64,000 nt of DNA from assembly GCF_006345805.1 (NCBI RefSeq), contig NC_043024.1, forward strand, positions 12,524,001 to 12,588,000, in the 5' to 3' direction. The stretch is from Octopus sinensis (lineage: Eukaryota). Both the position numbers and the translations under genes were made by a program. Shown piece by piece: positions 12,614-24,932 of this stretch (its first letter is position 1; every line of letters starts with the position of its first letter). The notes under the pieces were generated by a model. The model ran no database searches. It was given only the letters and a program-made list of their open reading frames with translations, and was not told where the DNA came from.

Positions 12614-12720
12614 GAGCGGAAAACAAAATTGACGATGATTTGATGAAATCTGAACAAACATCGCAAGGAGGCATTTCTGCTCGCTGCTTTACCAATCCTT
12701 CCCACAGCAACAACATAAGA
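12614..12720 (+). CDS. Weak candidate exon (phase 1 to 0)
   Basis: Acceptor ttcttggttgctcttttatattgttaactcctgcag, donor AGA|gtaata. Reads GAENKIDDDLMKSEQTSQGGISARCFTNPSHSNNIR. No homology recognised. Confidence 0.22.
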
Positions 12721-12740
12721 GTAATAACAACAGCAACAAT

Positions 12741-12774
<34 letters not shown>

Positions 12775-13051
12775 CAGATGGATAATCAAAATTGTATGCA
12801 TTGAGGATAAAAGAAAAATCAAACAATAATTCGGTTATTCTTGGATTCTGCAAGGTTTAGAGTTGCTAATGGTACGAACAGTAGGGAACCAAGAGCTAAA
12901 TGTGTCTGTGGCAGGAAGGGAAAAAGGGGAGGCGGGGGGGGGGGAGTTGGTATATAATCCAAGATTGATTAAAAACAGAAGAGTGGCATCCAGTGAGGAA
13001 GTAATTTACATCGCATTTTAGGATTTATATATACACAAACACACGCTGTCA

Positions 13052-13125
<74 letters not shown>

Positions 13126-13399
13126 ACTTATCTATCTCTGTCTGTTTGTCTCTGTCTGTTTGTCTATCTCCCTATAGATATAAAAGTTGTTTGTAAAGTG
13201 TATGTATAAATGTGAAAACCGAACGGAGCCATTGTTGGCGAAGAGGCGTGAAGTTTTCCGATCAGCAGAGGATTATCTGCGGTGGTGGCGGTTTTGGGTG
13301 GTGGCGGTTTTGGGTGGGTGCGTCTGACAGCTTGACCATCTTTTTAGCTTTTTCTGATCTACGTGCCACAAAGAATCGTACGTGTCAGATATATTATTA

Positions 13400-14883
13400 T
13401 TAAAACGCGAGTTTCATAGAAGAAATCATCTTTGTGTGTGGATGTCTGGAAATTGAGTGAAGATCAAATAAAATCTTTAGTGTAAACACAATAGAAGGAT
13501 TAAGAGAAGAAGATATTAGCATGGCGGTTGGGATTAAAATTTGTCGACTTTTAAATGATGGAAAAGAAAAAGAAAAAGATAATGAAGAGTAATGGGCTAA
13601 CATTATAGAAGATAAAGAAATCATAAAACAGGTAGATGTGTAGAAGGTTAGAAATATATTCTGGGATAAAAGAGACAATATAAGGTGAACTAACGAACGT
13701 GATGGAATATTTTTAAAGCGGCTTGGAATATTTCACAAGGTGAATTTTAGTATTAAAATCTAAGCTAAATTGAAAAAGTAAAATTCTAGCCATTAACACA
13801 AAATAGTATTATTTCTTTGGAAGTATAGCAGAGGAATTTTAAACTGGAATGAAGAAGAGAAGTAAGTATATAAAACAGCAGAATGAATCCTTGTTTGCTG
13901 CTGTTAGACTTAACAATACAATTCCTACCGAAAATTTGATGCAGCCCCAAACATTTAAGAAAGAAGATGAAGAAAGAATGAACAATTGGAAAATGAAATT
14001 ACTGTATGGGAAATACGTCAGAGAAATCGAAGGAAAAGACAAGACCAACATTTGGATATAGCCAAGAAGAAGTGATCTGAAAGGATGCACTAACTGAGGC
14101 ATTGATATGCAGCGCCTAGGAACAGGCTCTGAGAACTGATTACACCAAATTCCAAATAGATAAGAGCAGTGAATCGTCCCTTTGTAGGATGTGTGGCAGC
14201 AAAGGCGAAACAACCTCGCATACTGTGAGTGAGTGAGTGAGTGTAGCAAGCTGGCCTAAAAGCACTACAAGAGAAATCACGGTAACGTGGCAAAGTTTGT
14301 TGACGAGAGACTCTGTGAAAAGTACGGCCTGAACATGAACCAGAAGGGGGTCACTGAGGACAAGATATTGTGAGATTTTACAATCCAGTGTGACCCCTTA
14401 ATTGATGCTCGGAGACAAGGCCTTGATGTGGTTGATAAAGGAAAAAAGGAAACCAAGATCATAGATACTGCAATATCAGGGGTTGCGCGCATAAGTGACA
14501 AAGAACTAGAAAAGATTGAAAATTATAAACTACCAAAAGACGAAATTGCAAGAATGTGGACTTTGAGGAGAGTGTCTGTGATTCTAAAAGTTGTAGGGGC
14601 ACTCGGAAACCCTAACAACCATGTTCAAAAAATATATTAGAGAAATCGGAATTGACACGAGAGCAAGCAAGCTCCCAAAAACTGCCTCTCCTAGGGACAG
14701 CTAGGATCTTGAGATTGGTACTTGGGTTATTGAATGTCTTCCACGATAATTAACAACCAATTATCAAAGACTACAATATGCGTAAAGAGACCCTGTGAGT
14801 CCTGATAACAGGCTGCTGTCCGCCTTCACAGAATGAACCAGAGCAGACAAGACTGAGTTCTGAGAAGTAAAAAATAAAAATAA
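13400..14883 (+). mobile_element. Decayed R4/Dong-clade non-LTR retrotransposon (RT end, CCHC knuckle, restriction-like endonuclease, 3' UTR)
   Basis: Broken frames give ..KILAINT..RYS.GILNW, EALICAA.EQALRT.YTKFQID, LCRMCGSKGETTSH.VSECSKLA, DVVDKGKKETKIIDTAISG..ELEKIENY..EIARMW..VVGALG. Ends in TAAAAAATAAAAATAAA. Confidence 0.82.
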
Positions 14884-14884
14884 A

Positions 14885-15012
14885 TCTTTTCCACTAAAGG
14901 CACAGGGCTGAACTTTTGGGGGAGCGGGAGTAGTCGATGACATCAACCCTCAGTGTTTAACTGGGGTTGATGTTCCCGAAAGGATGAAAAGCAAAGTCGA
15001 CCACGGCGGAAT
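14885..15012 (-). mobile_element. SINE family 2 fragment (Meta/MESC-like core)
   Basis: GAAAGGATGAAAAGCAAAGTCGACCACGGCGGAAT matches the core seen at 48.3-48.7 kb. Confidence 0.65.
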
Positions 15013-15208
15013 AACCATAATCCGAGTCCATTCACCTTGATGACTTTAAGCGACTCGTCTCCTTCCTCCACCACCCTCTACCCAGTGACCACCCCCTACA
15101 GTAGCTGTAGCTTCAGGCTATATGTTGACTGGTGGTGAATAAACAATGCTTTGACAGTTGTATATATTTGCTCATTGTCAAAGTATGCGGTTATTGTAAA
15201 TAGAACAG

Positions 15209-15280
15209 GTGAAGGTTGATGGACGCGTTAAGACTGTTTCTGAGCGTTTGTCAGCTTTGGAGAGGGGCGGATTGGGATGA
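15209..15280 (+). CDS. Candidate terminal exon D
   Basis: aacag|GTG AAG GTT GAT GGA CGC ... GGA TGA = VKVDGRVKTVSERLSALERGGLG*. Phase 0, continues exon C. The acceptor has a poor pyrimidine tract. Confidence 0.3.
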   Translation: MKVDGRVKTVSERLSALERGGLG

Positions 15281-15282
15281 TA

Positions 15283-15580
15283 GTGGCGGCGGCGGCGGCG
15301 GTGGTGGCGGCGGCGGCGGTGGTGGTGGTGGCGGCGGCGGTGGTGGTGGTACAGTGTGGTGTGGAGGTGGTGGTCGTATTTGATTTTCCTATTGTAGTGA
15401 TTGTGTGGTGGTGATGGTGGTCGCGGCGGCGGTGGAGGTGCAAGCGCGTGTATAAGTGTGTGCGTGGGCGCGTGGGAGATTTTGATATGCTTGTGTAGAA
15501 AAGGCAGTGAAGGCGGCGGCGGTGGTGGTGGTGGTGCGATTTTGTGTTGAAATGGTGTGATGTGGTGAACGGTGGTGGTG
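15283..15580. repeat. GC-rich (GGC/GGT)n trinucleotide tract
   Basis: Seen directly; a similar short tract lies at 4690-4745. Confidence 0.88.
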
Positions 15581-15677
15581 GAGTGTGGTGATGTATGTAT
15601 GTGTGGTAGTGCATTTGGGATTTTTGCGCGTTTGTGTGTGTGTGTGTGTGTATGTATATATATGTGTGTGTGTGATA

Positions 15678-15870
15678 TCTTTTTACTTGTTTCAGGCATT
15701 AAATTGCGGCCATGCTGGGGCATCGCTCCAAAGGGTCTAGTCGAACAAATCGACCCCAGGACTTATAATTTTTAAGCCTAGCACTTATTCCATCGGTCAG
15801 TAAGTTACGGGGATGTAAACAAACCAGAGCCGGTTGTCAAGCGGTAGTGGCGGACAAACATATACACAAA
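15678..15870 (-). mobile_element. SINE family 1, 3' fragment
   Basis: TTACTTGTTTCAGGCATT..TGCGGCCATGCTGGGGCA..GTCGAACAAATCGACCCCAGGAC. Confidence 0.8.
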
Positions 15871-15960
15871 GACAAGACACAAGCAAAGACAGAATATTTC
15901 TTTGACGAACGGTTCTGTAGAAAACGGTAACAATTCTGCTCTTGGTTAAGGTGTGTGTAT

Positions 15961-16366
15961 CAGGGACGTGCCGCCTGGGTAGGCAAGGTAGGCAGTGCCT
16001 ACCCTGAATAAAATAGATCGATAGTAATATTTTCCTTTTATGGTAAAATATAGACCTAATTCAATAAAATTATGAAGGTTACTCTGACTACTGTGGATAA
16101 AATACAAAATATTTTATTATTTTTGTAGCTTAGGCAGGCATAATTCGCCCAACCTTTCAGTCTCAGTATTAAAGCTACACATAGTGCTGCTGTAGTACAC
16201 ATGTTGCGTATATTCCTACAACAACGTTTACTTTATGCACTTTAAAGGCAGAAGTAAATCTGCCTCCAACTCAGTCGTGCGTCTGTGTTTCGCTTATTTT
16301 TTTGTACTTTGCTACACAAACATCGCCAACTGCCTACCCTGAGTAATTACTGACGACACGTGTCTG
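15961..16366. mobile_element. hAT-type non-autonomous element
   Basis: Termini CAGGGACGTGCCG and CGACACGTGTCTG (imperfect inverted). Subterminal TGCCTACCCTG occurs twice. Flanks GTGTGTAT and GTGTATAT match 7/8, consistent with an 8-bp hAT TSD. Confidence 0.7.
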
Positions 16367-16380
16367 GTGTATATATATAT

Positions 16381-16797
16381 TCTTATTTTATTTGTTTCAG
16401 TCATTTTGTCTGCGGTCATGCTGGAGCACCGCCTTTATTCGAACAAATCGACTCCAGGACTTATTCTTTGTAAGCCAAGTACTTATTATATCGGTGTATT
16501 TTGCCGAACCGCTAAATTACGGGGATGTAAACATACCAATATCGGTTGCCAAGCGATGGTGAGAGGGATAGACAGACATAGACACACACATACACACACA
16601 CACACACAGATATACATACATACACACACACATAAATATATATATATATGTACGACGGGCTTCTTTCAGATTTCGTTTACCAAGTCCGGGATTCTTTCAG
16701 TTTCCGTCTACCAAGTCCGGAGCTATAGTCGAAGACACTCAAGGTGTCATGCAGTGGGACCGAACCCAGAACCATGTGGTTCGGAAGCAAGCTTCTT
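16381..16797 (-). mobile_element. SINE family 1, near full length
   Basis: Reverse complement of tail, central CA/TA microsatellite and tRNA-like head. Confidence 0.88.
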
Positions 16798-16935
16798 ATC
16801 TCAATTCATTATAATCCTTCTGTTTTTGTTTACTCTTGTCTAAACCCTTTTTAAGCATGTCCTTGTAAAGTCCTAAATTTGATGTGACCCCTAGCGGCTA
16901 ACAAATTAAACATTCCTTTTATTATGCTGAATATT

Positions 16936-17150
16936 AAGGCGGTGAGCTGGCAGAGTCGTTGGGCGACGGGGGAAAAACCCTCGTGATGTTTGTTCCGGCT
17001 CTTTACGTTCGAGTTCGGATCCCATTGTGATTGACTTTGCCTTCCATCCCATTGGGGTTCGATAAAATATCAGTCAAGTACTGGATCGATTTCATCTACT
17101 AAACCTCTCTCCTCAAAACTGGTGTCCTTGTGCCTAAATTACAAACCATT
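16936..17150 (+). mobile_element. SINE family 2, diverged
   Basis: AAGGCGGTGAGCTGGCAGAGTCGTT head, then GACTTTGCCTTCCATCC...GATAAAATA.CAGTCAAGTACTGG.TCGAT. Confidence 0.7.
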
Positions 17151-18227
17151 AATAACAAGAACTATATATAAACAATAATAATAATAATAACAACTTCTTT
17201 AAAATCATCCGATTCTTTCTTTGTAAATTTGTTTCTTTATTATGTTTCATGTTTTTTCTTTTCATTTTGTTTTCTTATATCTTCCTCCACCATCCCCGTA
17301 TTCTCTCTCACCATCGCCACAGCCACTCCATCGATACTCCAGTCCAAATATATTCAACGGAGTTTTCATTTGATGTCGACGATAAGTTTATCCAGATCTT
17401 AGCAACCTTAATTGAGAGAGAGAGAGAGAGGGGAAGAGGGGGGAGAGATGGGGAGAGAAGAGGGAGAATGGAAGGAGATAGGGAGAGAAAAAGTGGAAAA
17501 AATGAAAAAGAACACACACCACACACACACACACGCACACACATATATGCAGTGGAGAATGGTTGTAACAGAAAGAGAAAAAGAACGAAGACTAAGAAAA
17601 AGCATGTAGGTGTGCGCGTGCGCAAGTTTCTCTCTCTCTCTCTCTCTCTCGCTGTAAATGAACACACACACATATATACACAGACATACACACATTTGCA
17701 CGCATGTATGCATGTATGTATGTATGTATGTATGTATCTCTCTCTCTCTCTATATATATATATATAGATACATGTATCTCTCTCTCTCTCTGTATGTATA
17801 TATATATATACATATATATATAGACACAAACGTATACACACATACACATACACACATATATATGTGTGTGTAGGTTTATATTTTGCTTGAGACAACGAAA
17901 GAAAGAGAGAGAGAGAGAGGAAAGAGGGAGAGAGAGAAAGGGGAGAGAGAGATAGAGAGAAAAGTATAAAGACAGACAGACAGACATCCTACAGACATCA
18001 TGCATTATACAGTCTTAGATATATAACATCGATTTCTATCAAAGACATGATTACGAATGTTTGAGAAAATTTCTTCTTCTTCTTCCTTATATATATATAT
18101 ATTGATTATTTTTGCTTTCTTTTCTGTTGTTTTTTTCTTCTTTTCTTTATTACCTTCTGCCATTTACGAAAATATAGAAAGAACGAAGGCGAAAGACGCT
18201 GGGAGAGAAATAAAAGAGAAAATAAGC

Positions 18228-18280
18228 CTTAACCCCAACCCACCCCAACCCTAACCCTAACCCTAACCCAACCCTAACCT
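18228..18280. repeat. Short telomere-like (CCCTAA)n tract
   Basis: AACCCCAACCCACCCCAACCCTAACCCTAACCCTAACCCAACCCTAACCT. Confidence 0.75.
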
Positions 18281-18610
18281 GCATTTTGGAACGATCTCAG
18301 AAACGTATTTGAAAGTTGCTTATCTTCGAAGTAAAATAGAAAAAGAAAAAAGGAAAAAAAAATTAGAAAAAAACCCCCAAAACAAATATAAACAGCCCCA
18401 AATGTACAAACACCTAAAATAGATAAAGGAATTAACTAATCTCTCCCAAATCCTCCTCTTCCTCCCCTCCTCTTCCCGTCCCGTTTATCTTTATTTTATT
18501 TGGGTTTTTTCTTCTCTACTCCTTTTGGCATATAACGTTGCTCGGTTCTTCTCTATAATGCGGGCCGCTCGCCTAAAGCTTCCTGTGTTTCTGTCGTTGT
18601 ATTTCGGCAG

Positions 18611-18776
18611 AAAGAAAATTTAGTTACGCAGACAAGCCCTCTTCTACAACAGCAGCAACAGTTACTACTACTACTACTACTATACTACTACTACTACTAC
18701 TAACCTCAACGGTGACGGTGTTGCTCTGCCAGTGCCACATCAACTGAGGCCGACACCACAACCGTCTTATCAATAG
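18611..18776 (+). CDS. Candidate alternative terminal exon containing (ACT)n with a 1-nt frameshift
   Basis: Strong acceptor cttcctgtgtttctgtcgttgtatttcggcag. Phase 1 reads RKFSYADKPSSTTAATV-T(n). Restoring one base in actATact gives TTT..NLNGDGVALPVPHQLRPTPQPSYQ*. Confidence 0.33.
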
Positions 18777-19535
18777 AAATCGAACCAAAGCAAAGGTCGA
18801 TGTCTTTAAAAATGATGTTTGATGTCTTTTCCACGATATTCAGGGGCCGTTTTAGTAACGGAATTAAATATGAAACTTCGTGCGTGTGTATGTGTGTGCG
18901 CGCACGCGAGTATGTATGTATGTATGTGTGGGTGGTGGTTTCTATGCTTGATTGTGTGTATGAAAATATGTGCGTGTGTATACACACACACACACATATA
19001 TATATATACATACACATATTCTATAATTATATGCATAATTATAAAGAAGGGGTCACCTAATAGCTTCGCCACGCACTGATTTTAGAAATAGGAGCTAAAT
19101 GCCTTTTCTACCACCATAAAGATCTCCCAGACAGTAACACACTTTTTTATGTAGACAAAAAGAAAAATATTACGAATCCACATAACTCAGATTAGCTACA
19201 TACGCGTTCCGAGATTGAAGTAAAGTTATACTTATTTACTTATTTCTCATCGTCAGTGAAGCATTTCGAAATATATTGAAATTATACACACACACACACA
19301 CAAACACACACACGCACACATACATGCACAGTCACACACACATTGAAACTAAAATTAAGACTTCAGTTTCACGTCACTACAATATTTAGTCCTCACCTGA
19401 AGATCGCAGTGGCATGAAACTCGAGTCCCAAGATAAATTCTAAGTTTCAAAAAAAATTCCATATCCTCTAGAAAATATATTGTGAACTGTCATTTCATTT
19501 CTCCATCGTGTATGTATGTGTATATAAATAAATAA

Positions 19536-19574
<39 letters not shown>

Positions 19575-22389
19575 GGTGCGTGCATATGTATTGGTGTATA
19601 TATGTGTGTGTGTACGTTTTCAAGTATGTGCGCGTTGTTGTATATATGTAAGTAAATAACGGTTACTGCCTCAAATGTCACATGACTTAACAGACATCAA
19701 CGAATGCTCGTCATTTTGATCTTTCCTCAAAGAGTCAGTCGTGATTTTTCCTCTCAGAGTATAATTCTCAGTCACACGAACCTCGTACTGCCTCTAACAG
19801 TACCTTAAATTTCATCTTTTACTGCCTGACACACACACACACACACACACACACACATTACATTTTGGTTACACCTTGAATCACTTTATTTCTCCCAAGT
19901 AAAGTGATTTAATTCCAAAACTTCTTCATAAATTTTTAAATGATAAGCTAAATTCTGATCGATAAGCCATGAATCTCCTTCATATATCAAAAACACTTCA
20001 TGCTCGTGACATACAGTTTAATTTTCATATGAATCGCCCGCCTCTTTGATTTTAATGCATTTCAAAACCTTTCATTGCTAGATTCGCCTTCTTAAATCTT
20101 TCATTAAATTCACTTTCTAAAGACCCATCACTTTCTATAAAACTTCCAACATATTTAAACTATTAAACTCTTTTAATACGTACCCACTCAAAGGCACATT
20201 TCTTCTATTCGCCTGCTAAATCTTCATAATCTATTCATAACACCAGCTATTATGTATTTACATGTAATTATGAATGTGTGTGTGTGCATGAAGTATATAT
20301 AAATATATATACATATATGGATACACATAAATATATATGTTTACACCTGCATATATATATACATGCATAGACAAACTCACACACAGCATACACTCACATA
20401 TGTATGTATGTAGGCATTTCTGGGAAATTTTATGAGTTTTAGCGTGGATTAAACACAAAAAATACCCAGCAAAATATTTTACTCATCATTTCAGTAAGAA
20501 GGTACTCCGACTCGAAACGATAAACTCACAACAATAAAATTGCTTGAAAAACAGGTAACACGAAAATCTCATGCCTTCGTTCATGAAACGTGTGGCTGCT
20601 GCTGCTTAATGTTCGAAGCATTTTTATATGTGTAGTTGTAGAGTCAAACTTACTTCATACGAGGAAAAATGAGCATTTCTCAAACATGCTCATTTGCTTA
20701 CTGGATTATGTCACTTTTAACGAAGATATACACTCTTCTTCATCGGATTAGTGTATTGACTCCAATTAATATGCAAAAATGGTTTCAAAAACGATTTACA
20801 TTGTCCATATCTTTCTCGAACGAGATTTCTTGAGGATGTCCAAAATCCGAACGAGATTAAAGTCAATAATTATAAAATGCGGAAGAAATAACACATGATT
20901 ACCCATTCTTATGTTTAAGAAACAAAAACATGCCCGCTTTGTATTGCAGAGAAGTACAAAGTTCTCATGTGTTGCTATTATATTCCGATTGCTTTGCCTT
21001 TTCTTTCATCTTCCGATCATAGGTCTCAACCAGAGACCTATGGTTCATTATATTAGGAAAAAAACTTCCTGAGAATATGTGCAGCTGATGTCAACACAAG
21101 TTTTTGATTCTTATATATTGTTGGTTTCCCAGAGATCTGTTCAAAAAAATTGTCATTACCTTTCTTGATTGCTCTCAGGGCACTTACAACAACATGGACG
21201 CTTTTGGTTTTTCATTCCCACATCATAGATATCTCAATCTCAAGACCCTTATATATCAACAGTTTATTATTATTATTATTATGATTATTATTATTATTAT
21301 TATTATTGTAATGTTAAAAGAAAACCCATATGTAATGAAAAATGCAGAGATGAGTAGAAAATTACTTTCTGGCATGAAGCAGAGCAGATTTATCGGTCAC
21401 TGGAATTATCTTTGGTTGGATTAAAATCTCAACAAATCCTTAATTATGAGCAGTTTCTTTTTACCAATATGTTTTCATTTCTTAATATCTGAAGCCTACG
21501 GTTCGGAACTACACTTCGTCCGGTTACTCTATCGACCACTTCGTGCGGTCACTCTATCGACCACTTCTTGGTCTGCGGCACCAAATTATATTAGAGATAC
21601 TGATATTTGTTCAGACTAAGCACAGCCGGGCCACATGTATGTTGTGTTTACCAAAAGATCTCCAACTATCAGCGGACTTTTCTATCAAACTCTCTCCCTA
21701 ACAATCATCAATCACAGACGCTCAGTTCTGTCTTCTTTTTTATTGATGTTGAAATCTTAACTCAAACCAAAATCCTATCAGAGAAGATATTACTTTTGAT
21801 TAAATGTCCGGCCAGAAATCGCTTTTTCTCCATGGCTGACCAATATATTTATATAAATGTTATTGCAGCATTCTAACACCAAACAGCCAATGGCATCAAT
21901 GCATGGCTGCTGACTCTACCTTTGGTTACACACGATAAAGATGCAATTCTATTAAAGCCGTCTTGAAGAATGACCACAATATAGGAAACATGATGCAATG
22001 GAGGCAAGTATCGGATTTCAAAAAGAAATCATAGACGCAGACGATCATACAAAGCATACAGCCATGGGATAAACGTAATGGAATATAATACAATAAAAGA
22101 TATTAGTAGCGTAACATCTGAAGTGATTTATAAAGGCGGAAGAAAAATGTTCAGTACCATCAGAGAGAAAGGTGAATCCAGAATGTTCCAGCAGCATGCA
22201 TCGGGGTTAGCGATCTTTAAATCAATCCACAGAGACACTTACCTGCAAAGGAATGGAAAAAAGCATAAATGAATGAATGAATGAATAAATAAATACATAA
22301 ATATATATATGTATATATATATATACTGACATATATTTATATAGACAATTGGAACGGAGAAAGCTCTGTGCATGCATATATATATATAC

Positions 22390-22862
<473 letters not shown>

Positions 22863-22989
22863 ATAACAAGTCAAGATTCAAGTGAATCGGGCACTTAAAT
22901 GATAAGGCAACAGGTCGGTTCGAAAGTAAAAACATTTACACAACAAAAATAGAGAGAAGCGGGTACCGAAGTACAGGCAGATTAACTGT

Positions 22990-23636
22990 ACCCGATTGTG
23001 TATATCAGTAGCCCTGAGGCTAGTCAAGAAATGCAAATTGCACTAAAAGAAGTTAGATAGCATTATATGTAATGAAATCAGTGGTGCCTTCCCTAGATGT
23101 AGAACACGTGGTACGTGATCGACAAATATCAAGGAATGATGTTTGTAGAGGCCACAGCCCATGGAGAACTAGCTCGAAGTTTTAGGAAAGCTCTGAAGGA
23201 GGCTAAACTCAACGTTGAAAAGCCAGGAAGCTCCATCAGATCACAACTATGTAGGATGTGCGCCTTTGAGAATACCACATGAACCAATGAGAACTGCATG
23301 GTATGTAGGATTAGCCCTGGCATTAACTGTAGAACTAGAAACGTAGTCTACAGCATAAGGTGCATAGAGGGCGCTTGTACAGACAAGAACATGATATACA
23401 TAAGTGAGACATTGGGAAGCATTGCGGAGAGACTAATTGACCATTTGAGACAATATGACGACAAAAAAAACAATCCTCCATACTCTACCAACATGTCAAA
23501 GGTCAATAATGGCACACTGGGTCAACTTGATGTCCGCATTTTATGCAAACACACGAAGGACCCACTACTCAGGCAAGTACAAGAGTACGTCCTCATAAGC
23601 GAAACATCCCCAGTACTAAATAAGAAATATACATAG
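22990..23636 (+). mobile_element. Penelope-like element remnant (linker plus GIY-YIG endonuclease)
   Basis: WYVIDKYQGMMFVEATAHGELARSFRKALKEA..EKPGSSIRSQL..*..CMVC..NCRTRNVVYSIRC..C..YISET..SIAERL..HL..LRQVQE.VLI..PVLNKK. YISET is a mutated YIGET; one in-frame stop. Confidence 0.8.
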
Positions 23637-23705
23637 GTGTCATACCCCAATAACGAATGATTAAATATACACAGGTAGTGTTGTTAGTAGGCTGTTAGGT
23701 AAGCG

Positions 23706-23752
<47 letters not shown>

Positions 23753-24291
23753 GTGCATATGCGTGTGTGTACAGATAGATAGGTACATAGGTAATACAGA
23801 CAGACAGGCACACACACACATCCATACATAATACACAAATGAAGACTGAAGCACATGACCATATACACCCACGCACACTTCAAACAAGGACACATATGGA
23901 GACACACATCTCTACACAACAGACGCACATACCTAGTCACACAAACCCATAACGAACACACTCAAATATGCACACAAAAGGAGGCAGAGGCACACACACA
24001 AATACACACACACACAGACACACAAACATTGAAGACACAAACAGATCAATATGCAGAATGCATAGATAGACACGTGTACACATGCATATATATGCGCACG
24101 CACGCTGCCGCACACGCATGCGCACAAACAAACAAGCAAAAAGAACGCAGCTGCGACAACGATTATTGAAGAGGTTGCAAAACGAAACAAAAACTTGAGA
24201 AAAAATAAATAAGAAAATGAGCGGAAATCGAACCGGCGTGTGTGTTAAGTAATAAGGCAATACTCTTCCCAGACAAAATAATATATATATA

Positions 24292-24341
<50 letters not shown>

Positions 24342-24778
24342 TCAGCAAAAACAATTAAGATTCAAGTGAATTCCAATGAATTCAAATGAATATGGTACTT
24401 AACTTGGATGCACCAGAAATCTTTATGGTATTAACCATAAAATAATGTGGGGTGATTATAACCAAGAAAAAAGAAAAATGTAATCCATTCTTGTTGCTTT
24501 TTTTCTTGGGTATATATGTATATATAATCGTATGAATTCACACAAACACATACGTATACACACAGTCAAAGGCAAAACTGTCAGAAACTTCGGAGTTTTG
24601 CCGATCGTCGGCTTTGCGAGGATGCGTCTAAAACGAATGACTGGCGGACACCCGAATCACTGCCACCCATTTCGTGTATGTGGTGGGGGTTATTCATCAT
24701 TTATGTTTAACCGATTCATATGCATACGCATGCATAAAAACAAACACTTTATATGTATAGGTATATGCACACATACAT

Positions 24779-24830
<52 letters not shown>

Positions 24831-24892
24831 ATGCTTATCAATGTACATATATATATTATAATATAGGTATCTCTTGCTCTTTTTTTTCTCTC

Positions 24893-24932
<40 letters not shown>

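Noticed and set aside
15178-15723. Minus-strand poly-Pro/His/Arg ORFs
   Set aside because: Products of the (GGC/GGT)n tract flanked by microsatellite and SINE sequence.
21512-21570. 25-bp direct repeat (CACTTCGT.CGGT.ACTCTATCGAC, about 2.4 copies), superficially CRISPR-like
   Set aside because: Units are contiguous with no spacers and no cas genes, in a eukaryotic context: a small tandem duplication.
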